From Bacilli bacterium (GTDB lineage Bacteria; Bacillota_I; Bacilli_A; RF39; UBA660), in contig JAGAWU010000024.1 of NCBI GenBank assembly GCA_017941235.1, positions 615 to 64,614 on the forward strand: a stretch of DNA of 64,000 bases, read 5' to 3'. The translations under genes were made by a program, and so were the position numbers. The notes beneath the pieces were generated by a model. It was not told the origin of the DNA, did not search any database, and saw only the letters and a program-made list of their open reading frames with translations. Each line of letters opens with the position of its first letter. Positions within the stretch are counted from its first letter, which is position 1. Of the stretch, positions 20,250 to 30,800 are shown piece by piece.

Positions 20250-23200
20250 ATGAGATATAAAAAAAATAAAAAGAAATTAACCTTATTATTTGTAGCATTT
20301 ATAATTTTAATAGGAGTAGGATATGCTTTTTTATTTAGAAATCCTAAGATAAATGGATTAAGTGGAGTTAAAACTGGAAAATGGGTTATATATTTTGATA
20401 GAGTCCAAAATGAGAGTGGAGTAGTATCTACTGAAACTAAAATAACTGATAATAAAAAGCAGGTTGATTTTAATATTAATTTGAAAAAACCTGGTGATTA
20501 TTATGAATTTGATGTAGATACAGTTAATGATGGTAATATTGATGCTATGATTGATTCGGTTGAATTTGGTCAAATAGATAATACTATTGAACCTTATTTA
20601 GATTTTGATGTTTCTTATAAAGATGGAACTTCTATAGAAAAATGTGATTTACTTCCTAAGAATTCCAGAAAGACAATTACTGTTAAAGTAAAAATGGATG
20701 AAGGACTTACTGAAGAAGAATTAATTACTCAAACTAAAAACTTAAACTTGAATTTTAAAATTAATTATGTACAAAAAGATGTATGTGAAAACAGGCCAAC
20801 TTTAATAGTTGATCCTAACGGTGGTAAATATAATGGTACAAGAAAGTTAACTAAGATTAAGGTTAATAAGAATAGTAATACAGTTTTAGATGAGCCTTTA
20901 AGAACTGGTTATAATTTTTTATACTTTACAGATAATAGTGGAACTGAACTTCCAAAAGATCAAGAAGGTAAAACTACAGTGCATGTAGGAAATACAGATG
21001 TAAAAGTAACAGCTAATTGGGAAGAAATACCAATAATTTCTAAATATGAATTAACTATTAATCCTAACGGAGGAGTTTATAATAATATAACTCAAAATAC
21101 TATAGTTTCTTTGGAGGAAGAAGAAACGTTAACATTAGATGAGCCAACTAGAGAAAACTATGTATTTGAAGGTTGGGAGGAAGTAACTGAAACAAATAGT
21201 TTAAGTGGTAATATTGTTACAATGCCATCTGAACCAGTTACAGTAAGAGCTATATGGAATTCAGTTGAAAATTATGTAGCTAGAATAAATACAAAATATT
21301 ATACAACAATACAAAAAGCATTTGATGCAGCAGTAGATGGGGATACAGTTCACTTACTAAAATCAACTACAGAAAATGGTAATAATACTAAGAATATAAC
21401 ATTTAATTTAGGTGGATTTACAGTAACAGGAACTATAACAAATAGTGGAACTATAACAGTAGATAATGGTAGAATTGAAAATATAGTATCTAGTCCATTT
21501 GTTAATACTGGTACAGTAAATGTAGGAACTCATGATGGAAACATGGTTGCTGATAGTATAGTAATATTTGGTGGAGAACTTGTTAATGGTCTTACTCAAA
21601 ATGGAACATTTAACTTCTATGATGGATATATAGAGGGTAAACTAGCAGTAACTGGTGGATATAATGAACTTGAAACTGGATACTACTATATAGTAGCTCA
21701 TGATAATGATAACAATTGTCAAAAAGCATATCTATCACCAGATATAGATGCTGTTGCTAGAGTTGTTGTAAATAATAATGATATTTACTTTAAATTACTT
21801 CAAGATGCAATTGATATGACAACAAATGATAATCCTAATGTCTATGCGATTAAAGATTTTGAAAACTCTACTATATTAAACATATCCGATAATCAAAAAT
21901 TGGTATTTGATTTAAAAGGATTTAATGTTAAACAAGGTTCTAAAATAACAAATAATGGAACATTTACTATAATAGATACTGCTTCTACTAAGGGAAGTCT
22001 TTCAGTTGCTATTGCTATAGAAAATAATGGAACACTTAATTTAACAGATGTTACTATGTCACAGTCTACGACTGATGGTAATATTGTAGAGAATTCTGGT
22101 AATATTAATTTGTCAAAAGCTAATTTAACTGCTAAAAATGGTAATTCTTTATATATTACTGGTGGTGGAACAATTACTGTTGATGAAAACACTTCACTTT
22201 CAGCTACAGAATATGGAATATATAACAATTCATCTGAACCTGTTACTATAGTTGGAGGAAATTTAACCGGAGTTTATAATAATGGTACAGAGTTAACTAT
22301 TAATGGTAGTAGTATTACTAATATTGGAAATAAAAGTTATGCAGTTTATAGTGCGGATGGAACACTTAATTTAAATAACGTATCTGTTGATTCATCAAAA
22401 AATGGTATTTATATAAAAAAGGGTAATTTTAATATAGTGGGTGGAACTTTTGATTCTCAGCAAAATACTATATATACTGTGTCTGGTACAACTAATATTA
22501 GTATTAAAGATTCATATATTACAACAAGAGCTGGTTCTTCTTTTCAAGCTATTTATGCTATAAATTCAAGTTCAGGTACTTGTGTAATTTCAAATACTAC
22601 TATTGATGGTAAAAAAACTGCCGCTTTATCTGGATATCTTTACGGATTAACAATTAAGGACAATTGTATTATTAAATCACAAAATAGGTTGGCTGCTAGT
22701 ATTAGTAGTTCTGGTAATGTAGCTGCAATTATTAAAGATTCAGAATTTGAGTCACAAGATGGTTACGGATTACAAGTTAGTGGAAAGATTGAAATAGATA
22801 ATGCTAGTATTACTTCAGAAAATAATCATGCAGTTTATAGTGCTGGTGGTGGTACAATTTCTATTAAAAATAGTAATATTACATCAAATTCTAAAGTTGG
22901 GTTATATAATTATTCAACTGCTATATTTAATATTTTACCTGGAAATGTTATAAAAGGTAAGACATATGGTGTTCAGAATTATTCTACTGGAACTATTAAT
23001 TTAACTGATCAAGAAGATACAATAGATAGTACTTCTCCAGTTCTAATAGGAGAAATGTATGGATTATATGTTAATAATGGAACTGTAAATTTCTATGATG
23101 GTATACTTAAAGGTAAAACAGATGGTTATTATGGTGTTATAACAAATGTTGCTGCTGATTCAACATATAATAATGGTATCGAAATTATAAATGAAGAGCA

Positions 23201-26200
23201 GTATAAAACTGTTACATTAAAACAGCAAACTAAGTTTTTACAAGTTGTAGGTGGTGAAAGATATTCTTCACTTCAGGATGCTTTTAATGCAGTTGGAACA
23301 AGTGGTACTATTAAAGTTGTAGAAGATGCTTCATCTACTGAAACTTCATCTATTGCTTCTGATCAAAATATTATTTTTGATCTTAATGGTCATACTTTAG
23401 AACTTACTAAGACTATTACTAATAATGGTACTTTAACTTTAGAAGATAATTCTGAAAATGAATCTGGATTACTTGCTAATTATGTGGATACTTTAATTGA
23501 AAATAAAAATATGGTGACTATTAATAGTGGTGCTTATCAGTCTGGTAAGATGGCTATTAGTCAATCTAATAATACTGCTAAGGTTCGTGTAAATAGTGGT
23601 AAAGTCTTAGGAACTGAGTATTCGATTTATTCAACTGGTAGAGCAGAAAATGCTGTATATATTGAAGATGGTGAATTTAATTCTATTTATGCTAGTAGCT
23701 CAAGTAGTACTACAATTAAAGGTGGTATAATAAATTCTCCAAAAAATACAGGTTTATATGTTGGAAAAGATTCATACATAGAAAATTTAGTTATAAATCA
23801 TAGTGGTACTGCTAATGGTAGTTATGCAATTACTGTAGGTGGTGGTAATGATATAACATTTAAAAATGTTACTGTAAATAATACTAGTGGTTACAGTTCA
23901 TTTTCTAAGGGGAGTTGCAATAAATTAACTATTGATGGTTGCCAATTTAATTCTAAGAAGAGTGCATTCTATGCTAGTGGTGGAAGTTCTACTGATGAAA
24001 TTTATATTAAAAATACTATTTTAACCTCAAGTGAATCTAGTGGTATAGTTGTTGGTATGAATTCAAGCGGTTCTTCTAATAATATTGGAATTATATATAT
24101 CAAAGATAATACTCAAGTGTTAGGTAAAACATATGGTATAAAGTTTAATATAAATTCACGAGTTATTTTAGGTGAAAATGGATCAGGTGTTGTTACTACT
24201 AGTCCTCTTATTAAGGGTGAAAAATATGGAATTTATTCTTATAATGATACTGGTATTATTGAATTCTATGATGGTATAGTTAAGGGTAAAACAGATAGTA
24301 CTATTGTTTATCCTGATATTATTGAAAATGGCTATGATATTAAATTTGATACTGAAATGATTGATGGAGAGGAGTATAAAACCGCTACAATAGAAGCACA
24401 ACCTGAAGATTTTTTACAAGTTGGAAATTCTACATTTAATAATTTACAAGATGCAATAGATAGTATAGATACTGTAGGAGTTATTAATGTTATAAGTAAT
24501 GGTACTTTAGTAAATTCTTCTGAAATTCCTAGTGGTAAAACTATTACACTTGATTTAGGCGTAAATACGCTTACTACTGTAAATACAATTACTAATAAAG
24601 GTACATTAATAATGAAAGATAGTAGTCAAGATAATACAGGTACTATTATTTCTAAGAAAAATATTTTAGTTGAAAACTTAGGCCAAGTAACTGTTGAATC
24701 TGGTACTTATACTTCTGTTGCTAGAACTTCAAAATATAGTAATATAATTCACCAAGGAACTGAAACAGCAGTTATTACAATTAACGGTGGTTATTTATCT
24801 GGTGGTAATACTGGTGCTAATTCTTCTTTATCAACTACAATTTATAATGATGGTGGAATCTTAGAAATAAATGGTGGAACTATTACTAATAGTACATGTG
24901 CTGCAATTCATATTTATAAGGGTACTACAACTATTAATGATGTTAATAATACAGAAATACTTAGTGATAAATCTAGTAGTAATTCTATTAATTGCTATGG
25001 TGATCTTACTATAAATGGTGGTACTTTTAAAAATACTGTAAGTATTAGTATTTCTAGTGGTGGCAGAGGAGTATTAAATATGTATGGCGGTAGCATAACA
25101 ACTAGTTCAGGTTATGGAATTAATAATTCTGGTACTTCTAGTATATATGGTGGTTCTGTTAAGGGAAAGACATATGGTATTTATACTTCATCTTCTGCTT
25201 TAGTAATAGGAAAAGATGATTCTGTTATTAGTACTAGTAGTCCTATAATAGAAGGTGAAACATATGGTGTTGGATGCTATTCTTCTAATCAGGTAGAATT
25301 TTATGATGGTATAGTAAAAGGTAAAACTGGAAGATTTCAGTATGTCCCTAAAACTATAGCATCTGGTACAAATTTAATTGAGGATACTGAACTTGACCAA
25401 GATAGTCAAACAATTTTAACTGCTTATCTTGAAAAACAAATAGATTTTATTGAAAATGTAAATAAATCAAAAGTTTATAAGAATTTTAAAACTGCAGTTA
25501 GTGAAGCCTCAGCTGGAGATTTACTTAGATTAATAGATAGTTCTTCAAACTTTGAAGATGTAACTATTGATAAAAACTTAACTATTGACTTAAATAATAA
25601 TACGTTAACTACTTCAAAAACAATTGTTAATACAGCAAATTTAACTATTAAAGATGATAGTACTCAGAAAAATGGTATGTTAACTACAGGTAGTGGTGTA
25701 AATATTATTAATAATTCTGGTACATTAATTGCAAAAAATATTCATCTTAGCAGTGTTTCTACAATAACTGATACATATGTAATAAATAGTACGGGTAAGG
25801 TAGATTTAACAAATGTTTCTATTAATTCAACTTCTGCAGGTGGAATACGAAGTTTTAATGACTTAGATTTAAATAGTTGTGATATAAATACATATACTTA
25901 TTCTATTTATTCATATGCTGGTGATAATGATATTAAATTAAATATTTTAGATAGTAATACTTATAGTAAAGATTATAGCTCTATATATTCTTCTACAGGA
26001 TTATCTTATAAATATAATTTTTTACTTGATGGTGGTACTTATAAAAGTAATAGAGGTATTACTAGTATATTAGCTTTATCTACTCAGACCTCTAATAGTG
26101 AGGCAATAATAAAGAATGCTAATTTTGCTTCTAATAATACTGTAACTGTAAATGTTAATTCAACTGTTGATAATATTACTACTATATCTGATATTTCATT

Positions 26201-26840
26201 TGGAAATTATGAGCATAATTTTACTAATTCAACAGTTTCATTAGTACGAAATAGCGGAGATTTAACTATTAATGATGTAACAGTAAATGGTAGTTATGGA
26301 TATGAGGGTGGTGTATTTAAAAATACTGGTAATGTTGATGCTACTGATTTAAATATAATAACTACTAATTCTCAAATTGCTCTTAATAATGAATCTGGAG
26401 TATTTAATTTCAATAGTGGTCAAATTACTAATACATCTTCATCTTATGGTAATTATTGTGTGTATATAAAAGATGGAACTTTCAACTTAAAGAGTGGAAC
26501 TATAAAAAATAATAGTACTGGTAGTAATGATTCATATGGTATTTATATGAAAGATGGTACTCTAACTATAGGTACATATTTTGGAGGAGGAGTAGAGTCA
26601 ACAGATGTTTCTACAACTAATCCTCACATAGAATCTATTAATACTAATTCTCGGGTTAACTATAATGGTATTGGTGTTAAAGTTTTGGCAGGAACATTTA
26701 ATTATTATGATGGTTTAATTATAGGTTCAACAGAAGCTAAACCTGAAGCTCCTACTGCAATAGAACCAAGATATAGGGTATTTAATACTACTGATATTAA
26801 TGGATATGATAATTGTGTTTTACAGTATGTACCACAATAA
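20250..26840 (+). CDS. Very large surface protein/adhesin: N-terminal anchor ending GYA, two InlB B-repeat-like domains, about four beta-helix modules
   Basis: GAGGTG RBS before ATG 20250; two '(D/N)PNGG.YN...EP.R..Y.F' repeats; recurring 'Y..LQDA...DL.G.TL...ITN.GT' and 'FYDG..KGKT' modules. Confidence 0.75.
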   Translation: MRYKKNKKKLTLLFVAFIILIGVGYAFLFRNPKINGLSGVKTGKWVIYFDRVQNESGVVSTETKITDNKKQVDFNINLKKPGDYYEFDVDTVNDGNIDAMIDSVEFGQIDNTIEPYLDFDVSYKDGTSIEKCDLLPKNSRKTITVKVKMDEGLTEEELITQTKNLNLNFKINYVQKDVCENRPTLIVDPNGGKYNGTRKLTKIKVNKNSNTVLDEPLRTGYNFLYFTDNSGTELPKDQEGKTTVHVGNTDVKVTANWEEIPIISKYELTINPNGGVYNNITQNTIVSLEEEETLTLDEPTRENYVFEGWEEVTETNSLSGNIVTMPSEPVTVRAIWNSVENYVARINTKYYTTIQKAFDAAVDGDTVHLLKSTTENGNNTKNITFNLGGFTVTGTITNSGTITVDNGRIENIVSSPFVNTGTVNVGTHDGNMVADSIVIFGGELVNGLTQNGTFNFYDGYIEGKLAVTGGYNELETGYYYIVAHDNDNNCQKAYLSPDIDAVARVVVNNNDIYFKLLQDAIDMTTNDNPNVYAIKDFENSTILNISDNQKLVFDLKGFNVKQGSKITNNGTFTIIDTASTKGSLSVAIAIENNGTLNLTDVTMSQSTTDGNIVENSGNINLSKANLTAKNGNSLYITGGGTITVDENTSLSATEYGIYNNSSEPVTIVGGNLTGVYNNGTELTINGSSITNIGNKSYAVYSADGTLNLNNVSVDSSKNGIYIKKGNFNIVGGTFDSQQNTIYTVSGTTNISIKDSYITTRAGSSFQAIYAINSSSGTCVISNTTIDGKKTAALSGYLYGLTIKDNCIIKSQNRLAASISSSGNVAAIIKDSEFESQDGYGLQVSGKIEIDNASITSENNHAVYSAGGGTISIKNSNITSNSKVGLYNYSTAIFNILPGNVIKGKTYGVQNYSTGTINLTDQEDTIDSTSPVLIGEMYGLYVNNGTVNFYDGILKGKTDGYYGVITNVAADSTYNNGIEIINEEQYKTVTLKQQTKFLQVVGGERYSSLQDAFNAVGTSGTIKVVEDASSTETSSIASDQNIIFDLNGHTLELTKTITNNGTLTLEDNSENESGLLANYVDTLIENKNMVTINSGAYQSGKMAISQSNNTAKVRVNSGKVLGTEYSIYSTGRAENAVYIEDGEFNSIYASSSSSTTIKGGIINSPKNTGLYVGKDSYIENLVINHSGTANGSYAITVGGGNDITFKNVTVNNTSGYSSFSKGSCNKLTIDGCQFNSKKSAFYASGGSSTDEIYIKNTILTSSESSGIVVGMNSSGSSNNIGIIYIKDNTQVLGKTYGIKFNINSRVILGENGSGVVTTSPLIKGEKYGIYSYNDTGIIEFYDGIVKGKTDSTIVYPDIIENGYDIKFDTEMIDGEEYKTATIEAQPEDFLQVGNSTFNNLQDAIDSIDTVGVINVISNGTLVNSSEIPSGKTITLDLGVNTLTTVNTITNKGTLIMKDSSQDNTGTIISKKNILVENLGQVTVESGTYTSVARTSKYSNIIHQGTETAVITINGGYLSGGNTGANSSLSTTIYNDGGILEINGGTITNSTCAAIHIYKGTTTINDVNNTEILSDKSSSNSINCYGDLTINGGTFKNTVSISISSGGRGVLNMYGGSITTSSGYGINNSGTSSIYGGSVKGKTYGIYTSSSALVIGKDDSVISTSSPIIEGETYGVGCYSSNQVEFYDGIVKGKTGRFQYVPKTIASGTNLIEDTELDQDSQTILTAYLEKQIDFIENVNKSKVYKNFKTAVSEASAGDLLRLIDSSSNFEDVTIDKNLTIDLNNNTLTTSKTIVNTANLTIKDDSTQKNGMLTTGSGVNIINNSGTLIAKNIHLSSVSTITDTYVINSTGKVDLTNVSINSTSAGGIRSFNDLDLNSCDINTYTYSIYSYAGDNDIKLNILDSNTYSKDYSSIYSSTGLSYKYNFLLDGGTYKSNRGITSILALSTQTSNSEAIIKNANFASNNTVTVNVNSTVDNITTISDISFGNYEHNFTNSTVSLVRNSGDLTINDVTVNGSYGYEGGVFKNTGNVDATDLNIITTNSQIALNNESGVFNFNSGQITNTSSSYGNYCVYIKDGTFNLKSGTIKNNSTGSNDSYGIYMKDGTLTIGTYFGGGVESTDVSTTNPHIESINTNSRVNYNGIGVKVLAGTFNYYDGLIIGSTEAKPEAPTAIEPRYRVFNTTDINGYDNCVLQYVPQ

Positions 26841-26854
26841 AATAGTAATAAAAC

Positions 26855-26888
26855 AATAGACTAATTAATGACTAATTAGTCTATTTTT
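26855..26888 (+). terminator. Rho-independent terminator
   Basis: AATAGACTAATTA/TAATTAGTCTATT inverted repeat plus T tract. Confidence 0.8.
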
Positions 26889-26890
26889 CT

Positions 26891-26923
26891 TTTCCCATAA
26901 TTTCCCATAATTCTTTGATAATT
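26891..26923 (+). promoter_or_regulatory. Direct repeats TTTCCCATAA x2 plus a degenerate third copy; candidate OmpR-family binding site
   Basis: 10-bp-period repeats upstream of a TATACT -10 and of the response regulator gene. Confidence 0.45.
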
Positions 26924-27029
26924 CTTCTATACTTTTTTTATATACTTAATTTGTAAGAAAGGAGGAATGCCAATAAGTAAATAGATTATTTAAATTAAAA
27001 ATGTTATACTACTATTGGTAGGTGGTAGA

Positions 27030-27686
27030 ATGTATAGAATATGTTTTGTGGAAGATGAAAAAGACCTTTCTGATTTAGTAAAAGTTTACTTAGAAAAAGC
27101 TGGATATGAAGTTATAGTCTTCAGTAAAGGACATGATGCGATTAGTTATATAGATCAAAAGCCTAACCTTTGGATACTTGATATTATGTTAGAAGATGAT
27201 ATTAGTGGTTATGATTTGATAAAAGAAATTAGAAATAAAGACCAAAATGTTCCTGTTATTTTTACTTCAGCTAGAGATCAAGATCTTGATAAAATATTAG
27301 GGTTAGAACTAGGAAGTGATGATTATATTACTAAACCTTATTCTAGTAAAGAACTTGTTCTTAGAGTAAACAATATTATAAAGAGGGTATATGGTAAAGA
27401 TATAGAAACACTTTCCTATGATAATTATCAGGTTTTTCTTGAAAAGAGAATAGTTAAATATGATAATAAAGAAATAAAACTAACTACATTAGAATTTGAT
27501 TTACTCACATTACTCTTAAAAAATAAAAATAAAGTTTTTTCAAGAGAAGAGATACTTAATAGTGTTTGGGGAGAAGATTATTTTGGAAATGATAGGGTTG
27601 TTGATGACCTTATTCGAAGACTTAGAAAAAAAATGCCTAAACTTAATATAGGTTCTATTTATGGATTTGGGTATCGATTATCATGA
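27030..27686 (+). CDS. OmpR-family response regulator (CssR-like)
   Basis: VEDE, LDIML, SARD, GSDDYITKP, winged-helix RVVDDLIRRLRKK, YGFGYR. Confidence 0.92.
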   Translation: MYRICFVEDEKDLSDLVKVYLEKAGYEVIVFSKGHDAISYIDQKPNLWILDIMLEDDISGYDLIKEIRNKDQNVPVIFTSARDQDLDKILGLELGSDDYITKPYSSKELVLRVNNIIKRVYGKDIETLSYDNYQVFLEKRIVKYDNKEIKLTTLEFDLLTLLLKNKNKVFSREEILNSVWGEDYFGNDRVVDDLIRRLRKKMPKLNIGSIYGFGYRLS

Positions 27687-28954
27687 AAAGACAAAAACAA
27701 TCGTTAGTTAAACAATTAATAATTATTATTTTACTTGTATTCTCAATTTCATTTATTCTACTTGGAATAGTTCTTCCTAAGACATTAATACCATTAGCTG
27801 AAGATAATATATATAGATATTTAAGTGAACCTTTAAAATTTATTAATTCTGATTTTAATAGTGAACTTGAGTCTTCTGAAGTTGCTTACTTTTATGTTTT
27901 TAACGATAAGATTGTAGTAAGTGATAATTTAGATGATTTAGTTGATATAAAAGATCCTGTAATCCTTTTATCGTATTTTAAAAATAATTATGGTAAATTT
28001 TCTTATAAGCATAGTACATATTATTATTATATGGTTAAATCAGATAATAATGTTAAGGTAGCTTTAACAAATGATAGTTATATATTAAAAACTAAGGCTG
28101 ATATACTTAAACAAATCTTACCAATAGTGTTAGGTACCATCTTGACTGTGAGTTTAGTACTTTTAGTTTGGTCTTATTCTATTATTTATAAGATAGAAAG
28201 ATTAAAAATGAAAGTAGATAATATTGATAATTCAGATTATAATCATAAAATAAATTTTAAGACAGATGATGAAATAAAGTCGTTAGAATATGCAATTGAG
28301 GATATGCGTATTTCACTTAAAAATCAAGAAGAATATCGTAATACTATGTATCAAAATATATCACATGATTTTAAAACACCTCTTACCGTTATAAAATCAT
28401 ATATAGAAGCTGTTCATGATGATGTTGAAGATAAAGATAAAGCAATAGATGTTATAGAACAGCAAACTTTAAAATTAGAAAACAAAGTACACTCACTTCT
28501 TTACTTAAATAAGCTTGACTATTTAAAAGATAAAAAAGCTAATATAGTATTAGTTGATATTAATAAGTTAATTAATGAGGAAGTATCTAAATTTAAATGG
28601 AAGAGAAAAGATATAACATTTAGTGTTAATGTTGATTCAAAATCTAAAATCTATGGTACAGTTGAAAATTGGGAAACTGTTTTAGATAACCTTTTAAATA
28701 ACTTTATGAGATATGCTGAAAAAAGTATTAAGATTAATGTTAAACAAAATAAATTAACTTTATATAATGATGGACCAAATATTGATGATGATTTTCTTGA
28801 AGGAATTTTTACTCCGTTCCGAAAAGGAATCAAAGGAGAATTTGGTTTAGGACTTTCAATTGTAGAAAAGACTTTAAAAATGATGGGTTATAGTATTAGA
28901 ATAGAAAATGAAAAAAAAGGTGTTACTTTTATAATAACAAGGAACCAGAAATAG
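27683..28954 (+). CDS. HAMP-domain sensor histidine kinase (CssS-like)
   Basis: Two TM helices, HAMP DDEI..L, H-box SHDFKTPL, N-box NLL.N..RYA, NDGP, FGLGLSIV; overlaps regulator stop (ATGA). Confidence 0.92.
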   Translation: MKRQKQSLVKQLIIIILLVFSISFILLGIVLPKTLIPLAEDNIYRYLSEPLKFINSDFNSELESSEVAYFYVFNDKIVVSDNLDDLVDIKDPVILLSYFKNNYGKFSYKHSTYYYYMVKSDNNVKVALTNDSYILKTKADILKQILPIVLGTILTVSLVLLVWSYSIIYKIERLKMKVDNIDNSDYNHKINFKTDDEIKSLEYAIEDMRISLKNQEEYRNTMYQNISHDFKTPLTVIKSYIEAVHDDVEDKDKAIDVIEQQTLKLENKVHSLLYLNKLDYLKDKKANIVLVDINKLINEEVSKFKWKRKDITFSVNVDSKSKIYGTVENWETVLDNLLNNFMRYAEKSIKINVKQNKLTLYNDGPNIDDDFLEGIFTPFRKGIKGEFGLGLSIVEKTLKMMGYSIRIENEKKGVTFIITRNQK

Positions 28955-29006
28955 TTTCTTGTTTTTCTTTTTATACTTTGATAAAATTATTTTAAGGAGG
29001 ATTTGA

Positions 29007-30389
29007 ATGGAAATTAATAAGAATATAAATAGAAAAATTTTTAGAGAATATGATATAAGAGGAGTATATCCTGTTGATATTGATGAATCTGTAAGTTATA
29101 CAATTGGACTTGCTTTCGGTAGTATAATACAAAAGAAAGGTTTTAATACTTGTTTAATTGGTCATGATAATAGATTATCCAGTGATAGTTTATATGAAAA
29201 CTTAATTGATGGATTAAAGTCTACTGGTGTAAATATAGTATCGCTTGGATTGTGTACTACACCTATGTATTATTATGCTAGTATAAAACTTAATATAGCA
29301 TCTGGAATTATGATTACGGCTTCACATAATCCAAAGGATGATAATGGTTTTAAGATTTCATTTGAAACACTCAATACAAGTGGTAATTCTAAAGGTAAAG
29401 AAATTCAAGATTTTTATGATTATATTCAAAATGGTGAAATACTTTCAGGTGAAGGTACTATTCGTGAATATGATATTAAAGATGAATATTTTGAATTATA
29501 TAAAAAGTCATTAAACTTTGGGGATAAACGTATTAAAGCAGTAATAGATTCTGGAAATGGTACTACTAGTATTATTGCAGAAGAATTATATAAGTTATTT
29601 CCTATTGATATAATTCCAATTTTTACTGAAAGTGATGGACGTTTCCCAAATCATCATCCGGATCCAGCTGTTGAAGATAATCTTACTGTGCTTAAGGAAA
29701 CTGTATTAAGAGAAAATGCTGATATTGGTGTTGGATTTGATGGTGATGGAGATAGAGTAGGAATTATTACGAATGAAGGTAAATTCTTACCTATGGATCA
29801 TTATCTAATATTAATGATTAGAGATATTTTTGATAAAGTAGAAAAGAAGAGCTTTTTATATGATGTTAAATGCTCTAAAGCAGTAGAAGATGTTATTAAT
29901 GAACTTGGTGGTGAATGTGTTTGCTCTAGAACTGGTAATTCTTATACTAGAGCTGGAGTGTATGAGAAAAAACTTCCAATAGGTGCTGAACTTAGTGGAC
30001 ATGTATATTTTAATGATCGTTTTCCAGGTTTTGATTCAGGACTTTATGCTGGACTTAGAATTATTGAACTATTATCTAGAACTGATAAGAAATTAAGTGA
30101 ACTTACTTTAGATATTCCTAAATACTTTTCTACAGATGAATTAAAAATAAAAACTCGTGATGAGATTAAATTTGAAATAATTGATAAAGTTAAAGAATAT
30201 GTAATAAATAAAGGTTATAAGTATTTAGATATAGATGGTGTAAAAGTATTATTTGATGATGGGTTTGCACTTGTTAGGGCAAGTAACACTGGTCCTAATT
30301 TAACAATGAGATTTGAAGCTAAGAGTGAAGAAGGTTTATCTCAATTAAGTAATGAATTTGTAGAATTAGTTAACAAATTAAATAATTAG
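29007..30389 (+). CDS. Phosphomannomutase/phosphoglucomutase
   Basis: IFREYDIRG, TASHNP, FPNHHPDP, DGDGDR, ELSGH, VRASNT. Confidence 0.95.
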   Translation: MEINKNINRKIFREYDIRGVYPVDIDESVSYTIGLAFGSIIQKKGFNTCLIGHDNRLSSDSLYENLIDGLKSTGVNIVSLGLCTTPMYYYASIKLNIASGIMITASHNPKDDNGFKISFETLNTSGNSKGKEIQDFYDYIQNGEILSGEGTIREYDIKDEYFELYKKSLNFGDKRIKAVIDSGNGTTSIIAEELYKLFPIDIIPIFTESDGRFPNHHPDPAVEDNLTVLKETVLRENADIGVGFDGDGDRVGIITNEGKFLPMDHYLILMIRDIFDKVEKKSFLYDVKCSKAVEDVINELGGECVCSRTGNSYTRAGVYEKKLPIGAELSGHVYFNDRFPGFDSGLYAGLRIIELLSRTDKKLSELTLDIPKYFSTDELKIKTRDEIKFEIIDKVKEYVINKGYKYLDIDGVKVLFDDGFALVRASNTGPNLTMRFEAKSEEGLSQLSNEFVELVNKLNN

Positions 30390-30439
30390 TATTAAAGGTA
30401 TATTTTATATGTACCTTTTTTTGTTTTTTTAAATTTTAC

Positions 30440-30468
30440 TTGATTTATATACTTAACTATGTTATAAT
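30440..30468 (+). promoter_or_regulatory. sigma-A promoter driving candidate ncRNA
   Basis: TTGATT-17bp-TATAAT with extended TG. Confidence 0.7.
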
Positions 30469-30474
30469 CAACTG

Positions 30475-30646
30475 TCGAAAGAGGAGTATATACTTTCAAA
30501 ATAAGATTATTATTTACAAATAAAGTGTGGTTTTAACTATTATTATTATTATGTATTAAATATCTTCTAAATAAAAATTTACTTCCAAGTTAGATTGATA
30601 TTTTATTTGTAGGTGTAATCTTTTGAAAATATATTCTCTTTTTTTT
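30475..30646 (+). ncRNA. Candidate ~170-nt long-hairpin RNA of unknown family
   Basis: 5' arm 30480-30538 pairs with 3' arm 30588-30639 with many G-U pairs; promoter upstream; U tract at end; no ORF. Confidence 0.5.
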
Positions 30647-30800
30647 GTTTATAAGAAAGGAATTTTGATTGGTGATGACCAAAGTGATTTAAGTAAACTT
30701 AAATCTTTTGTTCTTTGTTGACTAAAAAACTAAAAAATGTTATGATTTTATAGAGTATATAATAGGTTATTTTATGCATTAAAAGGTAGGAGATTGAAAT

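Noticed and set aside
30475-30646. 6S RNA or SRP RNA assignment for the hairpin
   Set aside because: No clear central bubble plus long apical stem, and no SRP domain IV motif; left as unknown pending Rfam.
30665-30735. preQ1 riboswitch tail (AAAAAACTAA) or small ORF MIGDDQ...
   Set aside because: The A-tract is the spacer of a TTGACT-17bp-TATGAT promoter; no preQ1 stem-loop; the 18-codon ORF has no further support.
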